A stretch of 64,000 nt of DNA from a phage: the NCBI GenBank assembly GCA_020279385.1, contig GCA_020279385.1_4762.1. One strand, 5' to 3'. Shown here one piece after another: positions 28,061-36,810 of the stretch. Both the position numbers and the translations under genes were made by a program. Within the stretch, counting starts at the first letter, position 1. Each line of letters begins with the position of its first letter. Below the pieces are notes generated by a model, which had not been told where the DNA came from, made no database searches, and worked only from the letters and a program-made list of their open reading frames with translations.

Positions 28061-28459
28061 TTAAGACAGTCGAGTGAGTTTATAAATTGTTTTAAAACAT
28101 AGAGCTTTGATATCGTCTAAAACGCTCTGTAACGAGCTATCAACATCATTATAAATCTCACTAGCCATTTGCGTTAACTCTTGCAAATAGGCAATTTCGC
28201 TAATCTCCTTGCGGACGACCAACGTTGGCTGATAACGACCAGTGATCCCAATATTGGTTTCAGTGAAATCATCAACCAATTCTTGCATTTCAAGATAGAA
28301 CTCTTCTAGAGCCTTATGTTTTGCATAAGATCCAGGACCAGTTACCCCAAAATGCGCAGAATGCATATAAGTAACACTCATCAGACATTCACCGATAAAG
28401 CGGTCAACTTTATTAGCTTTCCCCTCTTCGGACGTCTTTCGAAAATCACTGAATTTCAT
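28061..28459 (-). CDS. Hypothetical protein
   Basis: 132-aa ORF downstream of rI. Confidence 0.5.
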   Translation of the reverse strand: MKFSDFRKTSEEGKANKVDRFIGECLMSVTYMHSAHFGVTGPGSYAKHKALEEFYLEMQELVDDFTETNIGITGRYQPTLVVRKEISEIAYLQELTQMASEIYNDVDSSLQSVLDDIKALCFKTIYKLTRLS

Positions 28460-28749
28460 GTTCTCGATTCTCCATATTTATGCAACATAACAAACTGTTG
28501 TGCGGCATATTCCCCCATAATAAAACACTGCTTAGAATCCATACATTTACTACGAGCATACATCTTCATAATATGGGCATGAAATTTCTGGCTGGTTTCA
28601 ATGGAAGGAGATATTTTGTTTACATATACTATCATTGCACCGTCGAAATAATCAGTAAAGTCACCAGTTGGATCATATTGATCAGCACTGACACTTCCGA
28701 CCGCAGTCAAGCATATTGCCGCTGTTAGAGTTTTACGAATAAATGACAT
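28456..28749 (-). CDS. rI: Lysis-inhibition regulator RI-like periplasmic protein
   Basis: 97 aa, N-terminal signal/anchor MSFIRKTLTAAICLTAVGSVSA, C-terminal KCMDSKQCFIMGEYAAQQF resembling T4 RI; adjacent to tk as in T4; late-promoter motif upstream. Confidence 0.6.
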   Translation of the reverse strand: MSFIRKTLTAAICLTAVGSVSADQYDPTGDFTDYFDGAMIVYVNKISPSIETSQKFHAHIMKMYARSKCMDSKQCFIMGEYAAQQFVMLHKYGESRT

Positions 28750-28782
28750 AAGTCATTCCCCCAGATTAAAAATATTCAGTTA

Positions 28783-28790
28783 TATTTATA
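28783..28790 (-). promoter_or_regulatory. T4-type late promoter TATAAATA upstream of rI
   Basis: TATAAATA on minus strand 33 nt upstream of rI ATG, in loop of a CCCCAGATTA/TAATCTGGGG inverted repeat. Confidence 0.4.
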
Positions 28791-28817
28791 ATCTGGGGCT
28801 TTATTTATGATTAACTC

Positions 28818-29414
28818 TTATTTGGTAGTACCGTCAATAAAATGTTTACGGCACACAGAGACATATTTATCCTCTGCACCAACTTCTATTTGAGCACCAT
28901 CGCGAATAACATTACCATCTTTATCTACGCGAAGGACCATAGTCGCTTTCTTGCCACAATGACAAATACCCTTCATTTCGACCAGTTTATCAGCAAATGC
29001 CATTAATGCCGCAGATCCTTCAAATAGATTGCCCTGAAAGTCAGTGCGAAGGCCATAGCACAGTACAGGGATATTTGCATCATCAACAAGCGCACACAAG
29101 CCTAAAACATGCTCTTTAGTCATAAATTGGGCTTCATCTACAAATACTGCATCTGGACGCCAGCGATCCGTTCTACGCTTACCTAGTGATTCACGATAAA
29201 CCAAGTCGAAAAGATCATCCGATTTAGTGAAGGTGATCGCTGGAGCACTTAGACCAATTCGGGAAACGACTTCACTTTCTGAATCTCGATTATCAATCGC
29301 TGGCTTAAGAATTAATACTCGCATATCACGTTCGGTATAGTTATAAGCACTTTGTAACAGAGAAGTTGATTTGCCAGCGTTCATAGATGCATAGTAGAAA
29401 TATAATTGCGCCAT
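28818..29414 (-). CDS. tk: Thymidine kinase
   Basis: P-loop YYASMNAGKST, VDEAQF, Zn-ribbon CHCG..C..H as in T4 Tk. Confidence 0.95.
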   Translation of the reverse strand: MAQLYFYYASMNAGKSTSLLQSAYNYTERDMRVLILKPAIDNRDSESEVVSRIGLSAPAITFTKSDDLFDLVYRESLGKRRTDRWRPDAVFVDEAQFMTKEHVLGLCALVDDANIPVLCYGLRTDFQGNLFEGSAALMAFADKLVEMKGICHCGKKATMVLRVDKDGNVIRDGAQIEVGAEDKYVSVCRKHFIDGTTK

Positions 29415-29707
29415 TAATTAATCTCCAAAAATCCAACAAGACCTAAACCGATATAAGTCCAGATACCAATAAAAAAGATGTTAATGCTCATGGCAAGGAT
29501 AAACCCTTTCAGAGTTTTGGGATACCCGACCCAATATTCCCGACCATCTTCTAACCGGATCAACTTATTTCCTTGCGAGTCCATATCAACCACAACATGT
29601 TTATTTCGAGATTGCAATAGATATTGTTTTACAATCTCTACACCCGCCATAATAACAATAACGAAAATAAAAGTCCACACAACAAGATTAATGATAGTCT
29701 CAAGCAT
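29414..29707 (-). CDS. Hypothetical membrane protein
   Basis: 97 aa, two hydrophobic helices. Confidence 0.45.
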   Translation of the reverse strand: MLETIINLVVWTFIFVIVIMAGVEIVKQYLLQSRNKHVVVDMDSQGNKLIRLEDGREYWVGYPKTLKGFILAMSINIFFIGIWTYIGLGLVGFLEIN

Positions 29708-29942
29708 TTTCTATCACCTCCACCCAATCAGGTGTTTCCTGAAAGACTCCTTCACCTTCATGATGGTCGCAACCTTTATTGCTGCAATACATCCACCAAT
29801 CCCACATTCCCCACGGTAAACGCTGCATATCGTCGTTACAGCAAGTGAAGATGATAGGCCAACCACATCTAACACATCGGCAGTTTTCCTTCATGTGAGC
29901 GGTATTAGACTTCTTCATAGATGACTCCAATATAATCGACAT
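29700..29942 (-). CDS. Hypothetical Cys-rich protein
   Basis: 80 aa with CRCVRCG...CC...C..C. Confidence 0.4.
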   Translation of the reverse strand: MSIILESSMKKSNTAHMKENCRCVRCGWPIIFTCCNDDMQRLPWGMWDWWMYCSNKGCDHHEGEGVFQETPDWVEVIENA

Positions 29943-30145
29943 TTACATTTAGGACAATGCGGTTCTTTAATATAATACCCGTCTGTCTTTGGAACACTAA
30001 CAGGAGCGGTTTTTATATTGTATTCAGTGAAACAACGAAAACAAGTTACGTTTTCTACAGACTGACGTTTCACCCAATCACCGGAATATAGATCATTTTT
30101 ATTTGTCATATTCAACCACCACAATGTTAATGTCTGGAGTAGCAA
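29915..30145 (-). CDS. Hypothetical Cys-rich protein
   Basis: 76 aa with CFRC...CPKCKC. Confidence 0.4.
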   Translation of the reverse strand: MLLQTLTLWWLNMTNKNDLYSGDWVKRQSVENVTCFRCFTEYNIKTAPVSVPKTDGYYIKEPHCPKCKCRLYWSHL

Positions 30146-30554
30146 TATTAATGATCTCTTCTACACATTCCCACTCAAGGCCACCGATACCGCAACCGAT
30201 TTTAGGAATATAGAAAGGCTGTATAGCACCTTCAAAAACATCATTGATAGTCTCAAATCCTTTCAGGATAGCACCATATTCAGCATTTGGACCCGGTCGG
30301 AATTGGGTATATAGATTCACCCCGCACCAGTTATAACCATTAACTTGATGCGTCCAGACACTAAACCCACCCAGCTTTTCTACCTTACCGCGAGAAGTTT
30401 GCTTGTCAATCTCTAACGCTTGCGGGAACTCTTTCGCGATCTTTGCAGCAATACCAGCACCCATAGTATGAAAACAATTACAACCATGAATTAAATGACC
30501 GTTTCCTTGTTTAAACAGGGCGATGAGATCGCCCTTTACAGTATCAATAATCAT
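30099..30554 (-). CDS. Macro-domain-like protein (putative ADP-ribose binding/processing)
   Basis: 151 aa; HGCNCFHTMGAGIAAKIAKEFP and IPKIGCGIGGLEWE blocks resembling macro domains. Confidence 0.6.
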   Translation of the reverse strand: MIIDTVKGDLIALFKQGNGHLIHGCNCFHTMGAGIAAKIAKEFPQALEIDKQTSRGKVEKLGGFSVWTHQVNGYNWCGVNLYTQFRPGPNAEYGAILKGFETINDVFEGAIQPFYIPKIGCGIGGLEWECVEEIINIATPDINIVVVEYDK

Positions 30555-30569
30555 AATATAAACCTCTCA

Positions 30570-30929
30570 TTAGTCACGGGAAGACAACCCAGCCATAAAA
30601 CGGCTTAACAGTGTGTCGCGATAAGCAAAGCATAATTGCTTATCAGGGGCAGTATCACAAAGGTTGCGTTTTGTTTTAGCAAAGCTGGCAATACTCAGAT
30701 CCCATGCTCGATTTTTTCGTTTTTCGTCTCGACCTTGTTTGTATGCTTCGTCAAGTTCGAGCGCGATAAAATCGCTACACATGTTATCATCATCACAGAA
30801 GGTTTTAATGATCTTTTTGTTGATCTCAAATCCTTTGTATTCGAACTTTGGATAAGGGCGCTCATTACTAGCAAGCGCACCAGCAGAGAACATCATAGCA
30901 ATCATAGCAATTATTGTCAACTTTTTCAT
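30570..30929 (-). CDS. Hypothetical secreted protein
   Basis: 119 aa, signal peptide MKKLTIIAMIAMMFSAGALA. Confidence 0.5.
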   Translation of the reverse strand: MKKLTIIAMIAMMFSAGALASNERPYPKFEYKGFEINKKIIKTFCDDDNMCSDFIALELDEAYKQGRDEKRKNRAWDLSIASFAKTKRNLCDTAPDKQLCFAYRDTLLSRFMAGLSSRD

Positions 30930-30936
30930 ATATTCC

Positions 30937-31527
30937 TCAATAGCGTTTAGTTTTAAGAATGCCTTTACTCTTTAGATGGTTAGCCTTTTTTAGTACGTCA
31001 TCAGCATAACCTAAACCGGCTTTATAGTTCCACCCAGCATTGTAAGAAGCTAGCGCGAGTCGGATATTACCGTTTCGAACATCCAGCCAGTATGCTAACT
31101 CATCCATCGCGTAGAATGCAGAAACCTCGCGATTCATGATAAAGTTGATAGTCTGGCGATCACTCATTTTAACACCGCGCTTTGCATTTTTCGCTTTCAC
31201 CGTTTTAAGGTAATTTTGAAATAATCCATAAGCATGATGATTTTTCTTTGGTGCTAAGTTTGCACCCGCGCTTGATTCTTGCCATGCGATACCCGCCAGG
31301 ATGTGACCTAAACCCTTTCCGTTATAGCGAATATTCGGATGGTACTTTTTCAACTTACCGCTTTTCTCGAATTGCTCGCCGTATTGATAGGCGAAATGTA
31401 AATTATCTAGTTGGTGTGCTGTAAAGTTGTCTATCGGCGCTTTTTTGATCGGTGCGCTAGTCGATGCGTGTGTAGCACCAACGGCTAGTGACAGACTCAA
31501 TAATATCGCTTTTAGAACTTTTAACAT
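30937..31527 (-). CDS. Secreted lytic-transglycosylase-like protein
   Basis: Signal peptide; AWQESSAG..GLFQ..YNAG motifs of SLT domain. Confidence 0.65.
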   Translation of the reverse strand: MLKVLKAILLSLSLAVGATHASTSAPIKKAPIDNFTAHQLDNLHFAYQYGEQFEKSGKLKKYHPNIRYNGKGLGHILAGIAWQESSAGANLAPKKNHHAYGLFQNYLKTVKAKNAKRGVKMSDRQTINFIMNREVSAFYAMDELAYWLDVRNGNIRLALASYNAGWNYKAGLGYADDVLKKANHLKSKGILKTKRY

Positions 31528-31613
31528 TAATTTCTCCTGTTTGGCTTAACTTTCTGATTCCATAATATAGCCAGATCACCAGAAAGTCAAGCATTATTTT
31601 TAACCAATTTCCA

Positions 31614-32036
31614 TTATTGGTCTACCTTCAAAACAACCGCCGACATTTTACCCGCCAGTCGTTTTGGATTCTCTATAATCATTCGGCAGCATAGACCGTG
31701 ATATGGCTTACCCTCTTCGATTAGATCTACTGTCATCCCGATCCACATGTTACCGTCAGTAATTTCTAATCGATTCGGTCGGTCTTCCATTTTCAGGAAG
31801 TCGAAGATCTCCGGCAAACGAGTTTCTATCTTATTGAATAGTTCCATTGTCTTATGTTCATCAATATGACGATCGGTTAGACGGTCGATCATATGCGGAC
31901 TAAAGCGAATGAAAATATACTCACCGTAACCATCATTCAAGCACTTTTCTTTGATCTGCGCATTGGTTTTGCGCATTTCGGTTTCGAAGAATCTACGCAG
32001 CTTACTACGGCGAACATGTACGTTAATTGTTTCCAT
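31614..32036 (-). CDS. regB: Endoribonuclease RegB
   Basis: METINVHVRRSKLRRFFE...NRLEITDGNMW..CRMIIENPKRLAGK matches T4 RegB; ATG 32036. Confidence 0.85.
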   Translation of the reverse strand: METINVHVRRSKLRRFFETEMRKTNAQIKEKCLNDGYGEYIFIRFSPHMIDRLTDRHIDEHKTMELFNKIETRLPEIFDFLKMEDRPNRLEITDGNMWIGMTVDLIEEGKPYHGLCCRMIIENPKRLAGKMSAVVLKVDQ

Positions 32037-32040
32037 TTTA

Positions 32041-32376
32041 TTATCCTTTCTTAAACAAATTGCGAATCCAGTATACAAACGGGATTTCTTTAAACTTGAA
32101 TTTCTCTATAGTTAATTCTTTAGTAGCAAAATGAATACCATAAGCATCATGTGTAACTATATGCCATTTTCTATAGTCCAAATGTGAACAACCGTCTGGA
32201 TCTAGGTTAATAATAGTTTCTCGCTCACTAGGATTATTTTTCCACAATTTTGTAATAGGATCGCACATAATTCGACCTAGCGTACCATGAATAATCTCAC
32301 AACGGTAAAGTTTTCCAGCAGTGAGATAGGCGCACCCGTCATAGTCGGTATAAACAAACACTTCTTTAACACTCAT
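32041..32376 (-). CDS. Paralog family D protein (GCSHL motif)
   Basis: 111 aa; DPDGCSHLDYRKW motif shared with next two ORFs; promoter 32408-32437. Confidence 0.5.
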   Translation of the reverse strand: MSVKEVFVYTDYDGCAYLTAGKLYRCEIIHGTLGRIMCDPITKLWKNNPSERETIINLDPDGCSHLDYRKWHIVTHDAYGIHFATKELTIEKFKFKEIPFVYWIRNLFKKG

Positions 32377-32407
32377 TTTAATACTCCTTTGTTGTTTCGA
32401 TGGGGGT

Positions 32408-32437
32408 ATATTACTACCCCCCGATCATGTGTGTCAA
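32408..32437 (-). promoter_or_regulatory. Early promoter TTGACA-N18-TAATAT with GGGGGTA/TACCCCC palindrome
   Basis: Upstream of 32041-32376. Confidence 0.45.
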
Positions 32438-32683
32438 CTACTTTTTCAAGATTTTTTTGATTGCATTCCAAAGACCTTTATTTCCAGGTTGTTTTGGTTC
32501 TTCGATCAGTGTCCATGTTCGACCGTCTAAGTGTGCACAATTTTTAAGGCAAATAAAAATCTGGTGTCCCTTATCAGCACGGATATAACCACTATTCGCA
32601 AATCTTTCATGTGGTGTATATTCATACAGTGTATTAGGTGTAATATACTTGCGGTTACTATAAGGTGTCATCACATACATCAT
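32438..32683 (-). CDS. Paralog family D protein
   Basis: KNCAHLDGRTW motif. Confidence 0.5.
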   Translation of the reverse strand: MMYVMTPYSNRKYITPNTLYEYTPHERFANSGYIRADKGHQIFICLKNCAHLDGRTWTLIEEPKQPGNKGLWNAIKKILKK

Positions 32684-32874
32684 GGTACTAACTCCCAACG
32701 ATCACCGCGAAGATGAGAACATCCACCATCAAGAAGTATCGTAATACGATAACCTATATCATCTTTGATGTAACCGATTGTCGGTGGATTTTCGTCGTCT
32801 CGTGCCGGGGTAAAATCATACATCTTTCCGGGCGTAATATCTTGTCCTTTATTGCTATTGGTATAAACTTGCAT
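32680..32874 (-). CDS. Paralog family D protein
   Basis: LDGGCSHLRGDRW motif. Confidence 0.45.
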   Translation of the reverse strand: MQVYTNSNKGQDITPGKMYDFTPARDDENPPTIGYIKDDIGYRITILLDGGCSHLRGDRWELVP

Positions 32875-32895
32875 TTTCTTAATCTCCTATATTAA

Positions 32896-33594
32896 CTAAC
32901 CACGGGTATAGTGTTCCAGAACAACGGTCAGATGAATATATTCTAATAAATCCTTCCAAAAGTCAACATCTGGTCCTTCCGGCATACCGTTTTTCTTTGC
33001 CTCTTCACGCGCGAGTTTAACACGCTCGTAGAGATCTTTCAATTCTTCCCGCACATTATCAAAGGTTCTTTCTCCTAACTTACACGCTAAAATAGAAGAA
33101 CGTCGCGCGAGCGGGAATTGTAGATCACCTGTCTGATAGATTTCAAGTAGCTGATAACCAACACGCAGAGCATGAGAAAGATCTTTCCAGTTACTGAAAT
33201 ACTTTTCAGATTTTGCTACCTGTTTCTTGAGATAACCAGACAAACCCCACATACCAACATGATAGAATTTATCGCGATGTGTTCGGATGTATTCCCATTC
33301 TCTGGAGGATTCAACCAACATGTTACTAGGCGCGTGCACCATGTCAATAGCGCCGATATCGCCTTTACATGCCAGATTGATAAACCGTTTTAGACTGAAC
33401 ATATTAACATCAATATCGTCTTTGGTGTTCTTGATACCTTGACCGCTAGTGCTTTGGTCATAGTGTTCTTTCATCGATCCTAAGATAATTTCTTTCGCAG
33501 TCGGAACAAAGATACCACGATAATCTTTATCTGAATTTTCAGTATCGAGGCCATATAAGTGAGATCCGAAGACCATTTTAACCATTGTATGCAT
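32896..33594 (-). CDS. Minimal nucleotidyltransferase (Pol-beta superfamily) with C-terminal helical domain
   Basis: 232 aa; FGSHLYGLDTENSDKD fits the hG[GS]x3Gx5SDxD nucleotidyltransferase signature. Confidence 0.65.
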   Translation of the reverse strand: MHTMVKMVFGSHLYGLDTENSDKDYRGIFVPTAKEIILGSMKEHYDQSTSGQGIKNTKDDIDVNMFSLKRFINLACKGDIGAIDMVHAPSNMLVESSREWEYIRTHRDKFYHVGMWGLSGYLKKQVAKSEKYFSNWKDLSHALRVGYQLLEIYQTGDLQFPLARRSSILACKLGERTFDNVREELKDLYERVKLAREEAKKNGMPEGPDVDFWKDLLEYIHLTVVLEHYTRG

Positions 33595-33637
33595 AATTAA
33601 ACCCTCAGTTGATTAAGAGATTGCATCATATCATCAT

Positions 33638-33670
33638 AAAAAGAAAAAGCCAACCCTTTTTGGATTGGCT
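33638..33670 (-). terminator. Intrinsic terminator after GrcA-like gene
   Basis: GCCAATCC-AAAAA-GGGTTGGC hairpin plus UUUUUCUUUUU. Confidence 0.65.
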
Positions 33671-33680
33671 TGATGAAAAA

Positions 33681-34097
33681 TTAGAGAGATTCGGTAAAGG
33701 TACGAGCGATAACATCACGTTGCTGGTCTGGAGTCAGACTATTGAAGCGCACTGCGTAACCAGAAACGCGAATTGTAAGCTGCGGGTACTTCTCAGGATG
33801 TTCAACAGCGTCCAGCAACATTTCTCGTAACAATACGTTAACATTCAAATGCTGACCACCTTCGACAACCGGAGCACCATTATCTACAATGACAGGACGG
33901 AAGCTAGTTGTGTGCAGTGCCAGCGAATCGACGTCTTCTGCGGTGATCACATGGTCTTCTGCGAAAGTTTTACTAACAATTACTTTAGCGCCGATCAGTG
34001 CTTTCGGTTCGGATACCAGAATCATAGGCGCGAAGTGTCCACCAATAATAGTACCTTTATGCTCACCTTTCATGATTTGAATTGCTTTAAATTCCAT
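33681..34097 (-). CDS. Autonomous glycyl-radical cofactor (GrcA/YfiD-like)
   Basis: 138 aa ending ...[16 protein letters not shown], the glycyl-radical motif. Confidence 0.8.
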   Translation of the reverse strand: MEFKAIQIMKGEHKGTIIGGHFAPMILVSEPKALIGAKVIVSKTFAEDHVITAEDVDSLALHTTSFRPVIVDNGAPVVEGGQHLNVNVLLREMLLDAVEHPEKYPQLTIRVSGYAVRFNSLTPDQQRDVIARTFTESL

Positions 34098-34232
34098 AAT
34101 TCACCTCTTATAGATCAGGACGTTCGTCATTAATTTTACCAACCAAAACACCATAGAGTTTATCAGGTTGGATTTTACGATTCTTTTTAATTGTAGCACG
34201 AAATCGACGAGCTACGCTATCTTTATTTTTCA

Positions 34233-34718
34233 TTAGTTGATACCTAAGCCAATGAAAATAGGTTGGTCTTCTACACTACCCCTTCCAACACTAAGTCGAT
34301 TCAATTCTAAAAACTGCAATACGCTGTCAGTAAATCCGCGCATGGTAGTATCTAGGATAAAGATTGTTCTGTCAAGACTACGACCTCGCCATGTGATCGG
34401 ATTCAGGAAAGTTCGGATCGACGTGCAATCTACATTTGAAATATTGACATTTTCACCACGACCGCGATCTCGGATCGTTTTGGCATGTTCCCGCGTCGTT
34501 GAAACGATAAAGACACTATAGCCTTTTCTCGTATAATGGTCATATAACTTGATTGTAGCGTCTGTATGCCCTGTCTGACGTCCTAAATTGATTGAGACAA
34601 TGGAATCTAGGTCATCAGCAAAATTGCGTCGCTTACGACGTTCTATGATGCCATTTACGGCAGATACACACGCAGCATAAATCAAATCTTTACTTTCCAA
34701 TTTTACATCAATATTCAT
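34233..34718 (-). CDS. Hypothetical protein
   Basis: 161-aa ORF. Confidence 0.5.
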   Translation of the reverse strand: MNIDVKLESKDLIYAACVSAVNGIIERRKRRNFADDLDSIVSINLGRQTGHTDATIKLYDHYTRKGYSVFIVSTTREHAKTIRDRGRGENVNISNVDCTSIRTFLNPITWRGRSLDRTIFILDTTMRGFTDSVLQFLELNRLSVGRGSVEDQPIFIGLGIN

Positions 34719-34780
34719 GGTAAAGTCTCCAGTGAACGGGGAGAGATCCTTAGATTGTCTCCCCGTTGATGGTTAATATT

Positions 34781-35170
34781 TTATTTTGGATCTGGGTATT
34801 TGCTGTGTGGTAGCTGAAAATGAACACCGTCTTTAAAACTAGTCCAATCCCCGCCCCATTCAACAGGAACACCCAATTCTCGACCAGCTTGTTTAAATGC
34901 ATCAGCGATCATGCGGTAATATTTCATGTTCCATGTATCCTTATCTTTCGGATACGCTACAACGTCAACCGCGAAACCGTGAAGATGACGAGATTTCATA
35001 GTCTTAGATTTACCTTCCGCAACATATTTCTTTTGCGTTTCTAGACTACGCACACCTTCCGTAATGCCAAAATCGACCGGAGTCAGTTCTAATGCACGAT
35101 GAACGACTTTTACCAGATCAGGATGCACACCAACAAGCCGATCTTTGCTTCTTTGAGATAATCTAAACAT
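34781..35170 (-). CDS. Peptidase M15-type cell-wall hydrolase (candidate endolysin)
   Basis: 129 aa; SRHLHGFAVDV and DGVHFQ zinc-binding motifs of M15/VanY-like peptidases; sits where T4 has e. Confidence 0.7.
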   Translation of the reverse strand: MFRLSQRSKDRLVGVHPDLVKVVHRALELTPVDFGITEGVRSLETQKKYVAEGKSKTMKSRHLHGFAVDVVAYPKDKDTWNMKYYRMIADAFKQAGRELGVPVEWGGDWTSFKDGVHFQLPHSKYPDPK

Positions 35171-35198
35171 TATTCACCCCCTTTGTGAGTGATAATAT

Positions 35199-35390
35199 TT
35201 AGATTCCGGCGATCCTGCATAGAGTTCTTGTATTAGCACCAATAAGGATAGCATTAACGACAACCATTCCCCAATCAACCCACGGATTATTATAAATGCT
35301 AAATCCGTTTGCTAGGCCAAATACAAGCATTCCGGTACACATACTCAGAGCAATAATCAACATCACGGTAAAACCAAATGCAAATCTCAT
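35199..35390 (-). CDS. Small hydrophobic protein
   Basis: 63 aa, predicted transmembrane. Confidence 0.4.
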   Translation of the reverse strand: MRFAFGFTVMLIIALSMCTGMLVFGLANGFSIYNNPWVDWGMVVVNAILIGANTRTLCRIAGI

Positions 35391-35391
35391 A

Positions 35392-35658
35392 TTATTTTCC
35401 TTTTCTCTGTTTACGTTTATAAAAGTAATACATTACCTCATCGCGTCCGGTGATCCAACATGCTATGGCAGTAAACAGGTTTACAATTCCCAACACACCT
35501 ACGGATGCGGCACTATCAACGGACATAGGAACAGTAAAGGCCATTGCTAGCATAGCAACGCCACAAATGACATTAAGCACCATTATAATAAGACCGAAGA
35601 AAACCATTGTCAATCCTCCGACACAAGAAAACCAACAATCACGCCAGTGATAAGACAT
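35392..35658 (-). CDS. Small hydrophobic protein
   Basis: 88 aa, predicted transmembrane. Confidence 0.4.
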   Translation of the reverse strand: MSYHWRDCWFSCVGGLTMVFFGLIIMVLNVICGVAMLAMAFTVPMSVDSAASVGVLGIVNLFTAIACWITGRDEVMYYFYKRKQRKGK

Positions 35659-35801
35659 GATGCGCCGCTAATCAGACAACCCGCACCAAGTGATTCCCAC
35701 CAGATCAGAGAAGCGACAATAACACAGAATCCCCATACTACCGCAATCACAACATAGGCAAGGGTCGCCCAAAACATATATTTGTTCATAATAAACCCCA
35801 T
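35610..35801 (-). CDS. Small hydrophobic protein
   Basis: 63 aa; start uncertain. Confidence 0.35.
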   Translation of the reverse strand: MGFIMNKYMFWATLAYVVIAVVWGFCVIVASLIWWESLGAGCLISGASCLITGVIVGFLVSED

Positions 35802-35974
35802 TCACCAAACAAATAAGAAAAAAGCCATATCAACAGAAACGAGGCAATTGATCCGGCAAGCAAAATGATATTAGAGAATCCGCCGTCTATCCAGGCGACA
35901 AAACAGAATACACCAGTATAGAAGCATAAACCCAGTACAAAGCATACTATAAGCAACCATAGACAAAACGCCAT
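35786..35974 (-). CDS. Small hydrophobic protein
   Basis: 62 aa. Confidence 0.4.
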   Translation of the reverse strand: MAFCLWLLIVCFVLGLCFYTGVFCFVAWIDGGFSNIILLAGSIASFLLIWLFSYLFGEWGLL

Positions 35975-36035
35975 AGAAAGCCCTCCAGTGAGCTAATTTA
36001 GTGCGGGTAGTACATTACCCTACCCATATTGTTAA

Positions 36036-36194
36036 TCATCGCAGAGCTTCTTCTAGCGCGATCCCAAACCATCCACAAACAACGCCCATACAGACAGCTA
36101 CAAGAAGATTCATTCTCTCTTTAGGGATCATTGCAATCATAACAACAACCATACAGAAAGCCATTACCATTGAAGTTAACATTTGTTCAACCAT
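36036..36194 (-). CDS. Small hydrophobic protein (52 aa)
   Basis: ATG 36194 after AAAGGTG; MVEQMLTSMVMAFCMVVVMIAMIPK...; below ORF-track cut-off. Confidence 0.3.
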   Translation of the reverse strand: MVEQMLTSMVMAFCMVVVMIAMIPKERMNLLVAVCMGVVCGWFGIALEEALR

Positions 36195-36196
36195 TA

Positions 36197-36535
36197 TCAC
36201 ACCTTTAAAGTCATAGACGCATAAACATTAATGCCAGGCCAGTTAGGATCGCAATTATACTCAACATCCCACAAATAAAGCGGTTTAGATGTATCAGCCA
36301 AGTTTTTAAAATCTTCTACCCACATTTCAAGGCTATATGATGGATAAACTAGGCTATCATATCCGCCGTAACGTTGGCCTACTGGTCGGTCAGTAAAAAC
36401 TACATCAAGATCCGGTAATTCTTTTTCAAGGATAACCACCAGCGCATAAATCAGACGGTCTTCCTTGTTACGCTGCCGAAGGACCGTTGTCAGTTGGTTT
36501 TTCTGGTTCACTAGCAAGCACCTCCACATTTTCAC
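36197..36535 (-). CDS. Hypothetical protein
   Basis: 112-aa ORF. Confidence 0.45.
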   Translation of the reverse strand: MKMWRCLLVNQKNQLTTVLRQRNKEDRLIYALVVILEKELPDLDVVFTDRPVGQRYGGYDSLVYPSYSLEMWVEDFKNLADTSKPLYLWDVEYNCDPNWPGINVYASMTLKV

Positions 36536-36788
36536 AGAATGAAATTTTCACAGACACAATTTTACCATAAGTGAAGAATGAATATACATTATCGATATAT
36601 TCAACGTCACCTACAATCACATCAAACTGCGGATCAGCAACCGCCGCAACATATTCTACCAGTTCATCAAGAGAATGCAACTTAATTTCATCAATTCGGC
36701 TGTATTTGGTTGCATCTTTAATTTTAAAACCACGTTCTTTCAGTTTGTCAATCAGAATTTCACGCGGAGTTTCAAACAGTTTGCTCAT
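36468..36788 (-). CDS. Hypothetical protein
   Basis: 106-aa ORF. Confidence 0.45.
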   Translation of the reverse strand: MSKLFETPREILIDKLKERGFKIKDATKYSRIDEIKLHSLDELVEYVAAVADPQFDVIVGDVEYIDNVYSFFTYGKIVSVKISFCENVEVLASEPEKPTDNGPSAA

Positions 36789-36810
36789 AGTATAATCCTC
36801 ACATAGTTAA

